64,000 nucleotides of DNA from Candidatus Latescibacterota bacterium (GTDB lineage: Bacteria > Latescibacterota > UBA2968). Shown one piece after another: positions 55,832-64,000 of this stretch. Each line of letters begins with the position of its first letter. The first letter of the stretch is position 1. The stretch covers positions 640,001 through 704,000 of the forward strand of contig OZ240241.1 in assembly GCA_965198115.1 (NCBI GenBank), read 5' to 3'. The translations under genes were made by a program, and so were the position numbers. The notes below the pieces were generated by a model, which saw only the letters and a list, made by a program, of their open reading frames with translations, was not told the origin of the DNA and made no database searches.

Positions 55832-56083
55832 ATGCCTGATCCCACCTCCAGACGGAAGGTCCTGGGCCTTCTACGATTTCGCCAACTCGGCCTTCGCGAC
55901 CCTCGTCCTCACCTTCATCTACAGCGCTTACCTCATCAAAGCGATCGCAGAAAACGAAACGCTCGGAACGAGCCAATGGTCTTGAGCGGTCACCGTCTCT
56001 GCGCTGGTTATCGCCCTCGTTTCTCCCTTCCTCGGATCCGTCGCCGACCGCCGGGGGCTTCGGAAACCGCTGCTGCTCGCCTA
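55832..56083 (+). pseudogene. MFS transporter (Atg22/UMF1-like) 5' remnant
   Basis: WAFYDFANSAFATLV...SPFLGSVADRRGLRK with a frameshift, an internal TGA and truncation. Confidence 0.75.
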
Positions 56084-56086
56084 AAT

Positions 56087-56720
56087 ATGCAACATACCAT
56101 GATCGAGCACGCCGGCGATCCCGAGTACTCCCTGGTCACCCGCTCCAGCGACGGTCAGATGCTTTTCCTCGCCAACAAGCTCTCGAAGATGAAGCAGGAC
56201 ACGCCGCTCGGCAGCCGCATCGCCGAGGTGCACAACGGCAGCTCGCTGTTCACCGGCGATGCCGGCCAGGGCGAGAGCAACATCCGCCGCTGGATCATCG
56301 AGAACGACTGGCTGGAGGCGATCGTCGCCCTACCGCTCAACATGTTCTACAACACCGGCATCGCCACCTACATCTGGGTGCTCACCAACCGCAAGCCGAA
56401 GCATCGCCTGGATAAGGTGCAGTTGATCGACACCACGAAGTGGTACCGGCCGCTCCGCAAGAACCTGGGCAAGAAGAATTGCGAACTGGCCGAGGACGAC
56501 ATCGCCCGCATCTGCAACGCCTTCCTCGCCTTCGAGGAAACCGAGGAGAGCCGCATCCTCGACAACGCCGCGTTCGGCTACTGGAAGGTGGCGGTCGAAC
56601 GGCCGTTGCGCATCGAGGCCGCCGACCCGAACCGCGTCTACAAGGCGGCCGAGATCAAGGCGCTGAAGGAGACCGGCAAGCGCAGCGAGGATGCGCCGCC
56701 GGTCCTCCGGAAGATGCGCG
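56087..56720 (+). pseudogene. hsdM: Type I R-M methyltransferase internal fragment
   Basis: SDGQMLFL...GSSLFTGDAG.GES.IRRWIIEND.LEAI.ALP..MFYNTGI.TY.W; no N-terminal SAM-binding or NPPY part. Confidence 0.85.
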
Positions 56721-56860
56721 AAGGATGCTGCCGAGTGGCAGCCTGACACGAATCAGTGCTGGTTCGCGCAGACCGTCGTAGACGTGCGCCGAGCCTACCG
56801 GCTGACGATCGACCGGCGTGAGGCCGCCGCGCTCGATCGTATACTCGTCGGGTGTTCGGG
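56721..56860 (+). pseudogene. C-terminal fragment of a DUF1524-like HNH protein
   Basis: DAAEW.P..N.CWFA..VV.V...Y.LT.D..EA.AL..IL..C. Confidence 0.5.
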
Positions 56861-57129
56861 GTTGAACCGGAGCAAGCTGAAACTTTCGAAGTGGGCCGAG
56901 GAGTACAAGCGAGTCGCGCAGCGGTGGGGCATCCCTATAAGCTGGCTTTATGAGAGAAGCAGGAAGGACGTGCTCCCAGGTCAGCGTCGGCTTGGTAGAC
57001 ATGTGCGCATTGAACCGGATGAGTTCGAGGAGGGAGTCAAACGGGGCGAATTGTCCTGATCAAAGTCTCCCCAAGTGGCTCTATCTGGGGTCGAAATACC
57101 AGCTTTACACTTGAGACTATCGTCGAACC

Positions 57130-57290
57130 TGAAATCGTAAGACACTCGCGGCTGTATTCATCCACAACCGTCAGGCACTTCAACGGCCTGCCTTCACGCG
57201 TCCTGTCGAACACGAAGTCGTAGGCCCAAACGTGGTTGCGATGCTCAGGCCGTGTGGTTCAACGACGGCTCCTGCATCCGGCTACGCACG
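57130..57290 (-). pseudogene. IS3-family transposase (OrfB) fragment
   Basis: Minus strand RPEHRNHVWAYDFVFDRTREGRPLKCLTVVDEYSRECL. Confidence 0.8.
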
Positions 57291-59403
57291 GCAACGCTAA
57301 ATCAAGTAAGTCAAAGGCTTGAAGATCGTTTCTCGTTACCAGTGCTCAGAATTTCCAGCGTGCTCGATCAGAAACGCGCAGTCTCCATACCGGAGATAAT
57401 GGGTGAAACGACCTCCCAGATTGCCTATGGTCAAGTGATGTATGGGTGTCTCATTGGCTGTGGACTTCCCACAAGAGCTTCCTGTCTGGCTATGGCGATA
57501 TCGCTGCAATCCCTATCCAACTGCTGCATCATCCCGTACCACGCTCTCCGTGCCATCTACAAATCCTTGCGCACTCGAAGGGACAGGGCAGTAAGCGCAA
57601 TCCTGTCAGGTAATGGATAGCGGAGCACCCCGCATACAGACCCTTCGGCGCTGCCCTCATCAGTCAACCATCCAGACTACCATTGCTTCCGTATTGGTTC
57701 CATAGCAGAGGGAGGCTGGCTACTTGTCCCTCACGCGGCCGTCTGTCGTTGATACAAGTACTTTTGGAAGCCTGTGAATACCCGCCCGATCTTGTCGGGC
57801 TTGCCCAAGTCGGCGATCGCGTCAGCGATGGAGTCGTGGTACTTCAGTCGCAACAAGGGTGTGAGCTTCTCTTGGTCGAGTTCCTCGACGCCTACGCGGA
57901 CGTAGTGAGACAGTACGAAGTCCAGAAAAACCTGCTCCTTGCTGTTAAAATGGGTACTGATGACGACCTTGGCCTGCGTGGCCCGGTCTTCACGTGTGAT
58001 CGGGGACAAGGCGTAGGCCACATGGGCCAACACGTCGAAGAGGTCGCTTTTCTCCGCGTCTATTATCTCCCGCATCTCGTTCAGTTGCTCACCGCCAAAG
58101 CCGTGCTCCGCAAGGCCCTCCAAAAGTTTCTTTCTCGTGTCCGGCACGCTCCATAGGGCACGAAGTTCTGCCTCGTCTTTGAAGAAGTCCGGAAGTTTCC
58201 CGAACAAATTCTCCATGAACTGCTGCGCGGACATGGGCGTGCCGTCGGTATGCCAGAAGGTCATGCACATCATGTGCTGGATAGTGCGCTCCTTACCGTC
58301 GGCGAGTTTGACTTTGACTCTCTTCCTGCGGGGCCCGGGTTCAGGGGGTGGGCCCGGCGGCGGCCCGGGAGGCGGATCGGGCCGAGGCTCTGGCTCAATT
58401 GGTTCCCCATCCCACTCGGAGTCGTTGAAGTGGTGGTGCGCCTTCACGAAGTCGTAGATCGTGAAGTAGTCTTTCCCGTCATACAGTCGCGTGCCCCGTC
58501 CGATGATTTGCTTGAACTCGATCATTGAGTTGATTGGCCGCATCAAGACGATGTTACGGATGTTACGGGCGTCCACGCCGGTCGAAAGCTTCTGCGAGGT
58601 GGTCAGGATCGTTGGTATCGTCTTCTCATTATCCTGAAATCTCGCAGATGTTGCTCGCCTAAATTTCCGTCATTGGCGGTGACCCGTTGGCAATAGTTCG
58701 GGTCTGTGCTTGTCTTCATTTGGTTGATGAGATCGCGCACGGCCAGCGCGTGAACCTGTGAAGCACAGAACACCAGCGTCTTCTCGTTCTGGTTGATCTG
58801 GTCCATGAAAATCTTCACGCGATGGGCTTCCCGTTCCTTGATCTCGATAATCTTGTTGAAGTCGCTTTCGGTGTAACGTCTCCCGGTCTCGATCTCACCT
58901 TCGAGCAGACTATCATCGGGCGTATAGACATACTCGTCGAGCGTTGTTGAAATCTGTTTCACCTTGAACGGTGTCAGGAAACCGTCGTTGATCCCCTCTT
59001 TCAGCGAGTAGACGTAGACTGGTTCACCGAAGTAGGCGTAGGTATCCACGTTGTCTTCACGCTTGGGCGTGGCGGTGAGACCGAGTTGGACCGCAGGAGC
59101 GAAATAATCGAGGATGTCACGCCAATTGCTCTCATCGTTGCACCACCTCGGTGGCATTCGTCGATAAGGATGAAGTCGAAAAAATCTGGCGGGTATTCTC
59201 CGAAATAGGGTGATGGCTTACCGTCCTTCGGTGGTCCACTCATGAACGTCTGGAAAATGGTAAAGAACAGGCTCCCGTTCGTTGGTACACGTCCCCTATG
59301 GCGGATGTCTCCCGGCTCGACCCGCACCATAGCGTCCTCCGGGAAGGCTGAGAAGGCATTGTAGGCTTGGTTGGCGAGGATGTTACGGTCAGCCAAAAAA
59401 AGA

Positions 59404-60823
59404 GGCTATATCCGGATCTCTCAACGAGATGAAGTGGGTGAAGGTGCCGTGGTTCCTGGCATGGGGGCGCGGTTAGAGTGTGCGGAACCTCTTCGGAATC
59501 TGCTCAGGGATGTTTATGTCTCCGACGGTAAGGAAGATCATATCGTTGAATGCGTCGAGTGTGCGGAATCCGCTGGCTCGGTTCTTGACGATTTGGACGA
59601 TTCGGTTGAGGCCTTCGGCGATGGCGTTGGTAAGACGCGTGTTCACGAATGCGAGGACGCCGAAGAAGTGCTGTCGCAGGGTCCTGACGAACTTTCGCAG
59701 GGGTTCAAGTCGACTTCTGAGTGCGGACGTCGTCCAGCATTTCAGGAAGCGTTCGGCAGCCCAGGGCGCTTTGTATTCCCAGAACTGCTCGAACTCGTCC
59801 TTGAGTCTCCAGGCTCTATAGATTCGGTAGTTCGCCTTCTCCAGTGCTTCGAGTGTCCGAGTATCCCCTCTGGAGCGTGTCGCTGAGTGCCGGTAGAGGA
59901 GCCATCGGAGGCCCTTCATGGCTTTGCGCTCATCCGGGGCAGCTTTACGCCACTGGTCCTTACGGACCTCGTCAACGGCGGCATTGAGAGCCTTGACGAT
60001 GTGAAAGCGATCGAGGACCAGCTTGGCATTCGGACAGTGTTCCTGGATGGCTCCGATGTAAGCTTCGCTCATGTCGCAGCAGGCCCACTCGATCTTGGAT
60101 CTCCGGTAGGGACTGAGAGCCTCTGTGAAGAACCGATCGATCGTTTTACGCGCCCTGCCGCGGCCAACCCACACCACGCAGGAGCGGTCCAGATCGTAAA
60201 CGAGCGTGGCGTACCTGTGACGCTTGGCGTAGGAGATCTCGTCGATCCCGATGGTTTTGAGCCCTCGGATACGATGACCTTCACGAAGCCGCGTGATGGA
60301 TCGGTGAAGGAGATCCGACAGCGTCGAGGCAGAGATGCGCAGTAACTCGGACGCCGCCTTCTGCGTCATGGTCTGGCAGTAGCGCAGCATGGCATACTCG
60401 AAGCGATACGTCACCCGAGAGAACCGCTCCGCCCACGGAATCTCCTCGACCACACGACCGTGGGTAGGACACCGAATCTCCCGAGGATGGTAGAGAAGCC
60501 AGACCCTCCACCCGCACACCGGAATGTCACGCCACCGACGCGGATGGGGCATTGTGCGGACGATTTTACCTCGACGGCCGCACTCCGGACAACAACAACC
60601 ATTCTTATGTGGCTTTACGGCGATGACGAAACAGCTTCTCCCCTCAAACCACCAGCTGACAACACGGAACCCCTTGAATCTCAGCAGTTTCGATAGTAAT
60701 CTGCTCCCGGTCATAGGTCGCACCCCCTTCGCTTTGATTGTCCTACACACACAACCAAGCGTAGGGAACGATCTATGACCTTGTCATTCTATAGTTTCAC
60801 CGTTGAGAAACCCGGATAGAGCC
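59404..60823 (-). mobile_element. ISL3-family element copy C (1420 bp), inside hsdR
   Basis: 8-bp DR AAAAAAGA at 59396-59403 and 60824-60831; removal restores RILFLADRN. Confidence 0.95.
59473..60750 (-). CDS. ISL3-family transposase
   Basis: 425 aa, differs from copy B by one residue (K/E). Confidence 0.95.
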   Translation of the reverse strand: MCRTIKAKGVRPMTGSRLLSKLLRFKGFRVVSWWFEGRSCFVIAVKPHKNGCCCPECGRRGKIVRTMPHPRRWRDIPVCGWRVWLLYHPREIRCPTHGRVVEEIPWAERFSRVTYRFEYAMLRYCQTMTQKAASELLRISASTLSDLLHRSITRLREGHRIRGLKTIGIDEISYAKRHRYATLVYDLDRSCVVWVGRGRARKTIDRFFTEALSPYRRSKIEWACCDMSEAYIGAIQEHCPNAKLVLDRFHIVKALNAAVDEVRKDQWRKAAPDERKAMKGLRWLLYRHSATRSRGDTRTLEALEKANYRIYRAWRLKDEFEQFWEYKAPWAAERFLKCWTTSALRSRLEPLRKFVRTLRQHFFGVLAFVNTRLTNAIAEGLNRIVQIVKNRASGFRTLDAFNDMIFLTVGDINIPEQIPKRFRTL

Positions 60824-61664
60824 AAAAAAGAATGCGCGGACGACGTGACGGTTCACGGCTCAAGTTCCATCGACTATAGAACAGCTTCCAAGCGATCTGG
60901 AAAGCGATAAACGTTTTTCCCGTACCAGTCGCGAGCGTGAGTAGGATGCGGTCCCGTTTCTCCGAGATGGCCTGCATCACGCGTTCAACTGAGATGTCTT
61001 GATAGTAGCGACAAGGGTGCGAGCCACCCTTGTCCTCGAATGGGACGGCGGCGAAACGATCCCGCCATTCATTCGTTTCAGCGAAGGTCGCTGCCCACAG
61101 TTCGTCTGGCGTGGGATAGGTAGGTAATTCGCCTTCCTCACCCGTCTCCATGTCAATACCGTAAATGCCTTGACCGTTTGTGGCATAGGTGAAGCGGATC
61201 GACATCTTTTCGGCATAGTTCTTTGCTTGCCCCACACCCTCGGTCAACTCTTCGTCCCAAGCCTTGGCTTCGACCACAGCGAGCTTCGTGTTACGGAACT
61301 CCAAAACGTAATCAGCTCTTAGTGTCACGTCCCGCGTATAAGCTTCAAAAGTTTATGGACTTTCTCGAGGATTGAATCTGCCGTGGCGGTCCAGACGAAG
61401 GGTGTAGAATTCTCGTTGTAGTGATCAGTGAATTTCTTGATGCAGGCGATCAGGTCCTTGACGCTTCTGAAGGTGCCTCGTCGAATGGCTCTTTGGGTGA
61501 TGATACCGAACCAGATCTCTACCTGGTTCAGCCAGGAGGCATATGTTGGTGTGTAGTGCACGTGATATCGTTTCCGTGAGGCGAGCCAACGCTTGACGTT
61601 CGGGTGCTTGTGCGTGCCGTAATTATCGACGACCAGATGGATGTCGAGATCCTTTGGGACGTTC

Positions 61665-63038
61665 GAGCTCAGGTCAATAGGTGTGTAAAAGAAATCAGGC
61701 GGCCATCTTCCCGGCTTCGACCTGCGGTCCGGTTGAGTGTTTCTGATCGTAGACTTGTTGTAGCAAGTGTGGCGCGGTGAGTTTCCTGAATCGGCTCTCT
61801 GCGACCTTGAGCGTACGCCAGATGAGAGCCGTGGCGTTCCTGACTTTCTTGAATCGCCTGGCGGCGTTTGTGCGAAGCCGAACGGAAGCAAAGGGGCTCT
61901 CGACGACGTTCGTGGTTCTCAGGTGTTTCCAGTGTTCCTTCGGGAAGTCGTAGAACGTGACCATCCGATCCCAGTTTCTTTCGAGCGTCTCCACGGCGGC
62001 AGGGAACTGTGAGCGATACCGTGCGGCAAAGCGTTTCCGGAGCTTCTCGGCCTCCTTTTTCGTGCCGGCATAGGGGATCTGGACGAGCAGTGCGCGGGCT
62101 TCAGCCTGTGCACGCTTGGCGACCTTGTCGAGCACGTTGAGGATCTTGTGGTTCCAGCACCGTTGTTGCCGGCTCTCTGGCCAGACCTGATCAACGGCCG
62201 CCCAGATGCCCATATTCCCGTCCGCGGCGATCAGGACAGGATGTTCGAGCCCGCGATCCCGGAGATCCCGGAGCACCGTGAGCCAGGATTCTGTAGACTC
62301 TCGATAACCGGGTTCTATCGCCAGGATCTCCTTGCTGCCGTCGCTCATCGCGCCGATCACGACCAGCAGACACGCCTTCTCGCGCTCGAGCCCGGCTTTG
62401 ACGTAGATGCCATCAGCCCAGGCGTAGACCAGTTCGCGATTATCCAGACGCCTTTCTTTCCAGTCCTGGAAGTCGACCTCCCACTTCCCTCGAAGACGAG
62501 CGATCGAGGTCGGCGAAAGCGGCGCGCCATCACCGAGCAGCGCACGCAAAGACAACTCGAAGTCGCCCTGGGAGAGACCGTGGAGATAAAGGTCGGGAAG
62601 CAGATCTCCAATGGCCCTGGTTCTCCGGGCGAACAGGGGGAGGATGCGGCTTTCAAACCGCTCTTCCAGACCACGAACCCGGGGACGCCGGACCTTGATC
62701 GTTCCGCAGCTCGTCGAGAGACGCCGGGGCTTGCCGTAGCCGTTCCTGTAGCCCGTGGAGCTATCGACCTCGGCTCGGCGCTCATACCACGACCGGCCCA
62801 AGAACGCGGTCGCCTCCTCCTCCAGAATGGACTGGAACCGGCCCTGGATCTCTTCACGGATCCAATCGTCAACCGTCTCCCACGTCGGCATGGACTTCAA
62901 TGGGGCTCTATGCGTATGTTCCTTCACGGCGATCCTCCTTCCCAACCGGGCCTCTCACCCGGTTTTGTGTGAATCAACTATCTCACGGGAAGGGTAGGGT
63001 CGCCCTTTCTCTTTTTCCACACCTTTTGATTATAGCTC
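61665..63038 (-). mobile_element. IS256-family element type A, copy 2 (1374 bp)
   Basis: 8-bp DR GGACGTTC at 61657-61664 and 63039-63046. Confidence 0.95.
61695..62945 (-). CDS. IS256-family transposase
   Basis: 416 aa, near-identical to 46124-47374. Confidence 0.95.
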   Translation of the reverse strand: MGRRIAVKEHTHRAPLKSMPTWETVDDWIREEIQGRFQSILEEEATAFLGRSWYERRAEVDSSTGYRNGYGKPRRLSTSCGTIKVRRPRVRGLEERFESRILPLFARRTRAIGDLLPDLYLHGLSQGDFELSLRALLGDGAPLSPTSIARLRGKWEVDFQDWKERRLDNRELVYAWADGIYVKAGLEREKACLLVVIGAMSDGSKEILAIEPGYRESTESWLTVLRDLRDRGLEHPVLIAADGNMGIWAAVDQVWPESRQQRCWNHKILNVLDKVAKRAQAEARALLVQIPYAGTKKEAEKLRKRFAARYRSQFPAAVETLERNWDRMVTFYDFPKEHWKHLRTTNVVESPFASVRLRTNAARRFKKVRNATALIWRTLKVAESRFRKLTAPHLLQQVYDQKHSTGPQVEAGKMAA

Positions 63039-63869
63039 GGACGTTCTTGTCGATGTGCTTGAGGAACTGAAGGAACTCTTTGTTGCGGTGTCTGGGCTTG
63101 CACTGAGTCAGAACTTTGCCGGATGCGATGTTGAGCGCTGCAAAGAGGGTGGTCGTGCCGTTCCGGATATAGCTGTGAGTGACGCCCTCGACGTATCCGA
63201 GACCCAAAGGAAGAATCGGTTGTGTCCGTTCGAGTGCTTGAATCTGGCTCTTCTCGTCTACACAGAGCACCATCGCGTTGTCCGGTGGGTTCAGGTATAG
63301 ACCGACGATATCCCTGACTTTCTCGACGAAGAAGGGATCGTTCGACAGTTTGAAGTGCTTCTGTCGATGCGGTTGCAGGCCAAAAGCTTTCCATACACGT
63401 TGAACCGAGGACTTGAAGAGCCCCGTCTCGTCGGCCATCGAACGACAGGTCCAGTGGGTGGCACCCTTCGGTTGCTTCTTGAGCGTCTTGTAGATGAGGG
63501 AGGAGATCTCTTCGTCGCTGACCGACCGTGGCCCTCCAGGACGCAATTCGTCATACAGTCCCATCAAGCCTTGCTCGCAGAAGCGACGACGCCACTTGCC
63601 GACAGACGCTCCGGACAACCCGACTCGTTCCGCGATCTCCTGATTGGTCAGACCGCAATCGCTCATCAAGACGATCTTCGCGCGACGCACCAAAGCGTGA
63701 GACATGCTACGCGAACGAGACAATGACTCGAGTTGATCGTGGACCTCATCACTGATGTTCAGTGGCTGTAACGGACGACCTCTAGCCATCGGTTCCTCCC
63801 AAGAATGAGTGCTTGAGGAACCATACGACAGAATCGAATATTTTTCTAGTTATTCCTGGGACGTGACAT

Positions 63870-64000
63870 TGGGGTTCGGAATAAATAAACGGTCGATCTC
63901 AATGTTGAGCCATTGGCCGGATCGTGTAGTTCCAGTCGCCGTGGAAATCGTGCGGAGTGAGATCGATTTGGGTCATCTGTTCATCGGTCACCTTGACCCC
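63870..64000 (-). mobile_element. ISAzo13-family element, 3' end (continues beyond the window)
   Basis: Minus strand GVKVTDEQM..I.L....FHGDWNYTIRP, stop at 63899-63901. Confidence 0.8.

Larger units (their letters stand above)
57731..61321 (-). pseudogene. hsdR: Type I restriction subunit R (EcoEI/EcoAI-like), disrupted
   Basis: ADY...VVEAK...QAKNYA nuclease motif, LATGTGKT, DECHRG, GLTATP, QIIGRGTR; frameshifts near 59140 and 58640, an ISL3 insertion, and IS elements at the 5' end. Confidence 0.92.
61322..63869 (-). mobile_element. IS630-family element, transposase split by IS256
   Basis: IRs TGTCACGTCCC / GGGACGTGACA, TA at the left end; transposase 63789-63039 (VDEKSQIQAL, Y.RNGT) continues at 61664-61325 (DNYGTHK, SWLNQVE). 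Confidence 0.92.

Noticed and set aside
51413-60823. Composite transposon formed by ISL3 copies B and C
   Set aside because: Each copy has its own distinct 8-bp target duplication, showing independent insertions.

Overview
The window has three parts. (1) 1-1646: host genes (end of a beta-hydroxyacid dehydrogenase, PilZ protein, DedA/YqaA protein) and tRNA-Pro(CGG). (2) 1601-44468: an apparently complete ~42.9 kb temperate siphovirus prophage with an HK97-type head, integrated in the 3' half of the tRNA and bounded by an exact 47-bp att repeat. It carries integrase, accessory genes, a cI/cro-like switch, recombination and replication genes, a ParB-like gene, lysis genes, hicAB, packaging, head and tail genes. 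(3) 44469-64000: a decayed, IS-rich region with 3 ISL3, 3 IS256-family, 1 IS630 and 1 ISAzo13 elements (several nested), an intact TonB-dependent receptor and type I R-M debris. The best candidate for a new system is a tail-tip protein ending in a collagen helix with Lys and Pro in the Y positions, translationally coupled to a 2OG-Fe(II) oxygenase and a GT-A glycosyltransferase; this may be a phage collagen hydroxylation/glycosylation pathway. The second is a duplicated ~84-nt structured non-coding element fused to compensated terminators at the entry to the late genes, in a phage with no recognisable Q antiterminator. All family assignments come from motif recognition by eye, not database searches. 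Several single-base frameshifts may be assembly errors.
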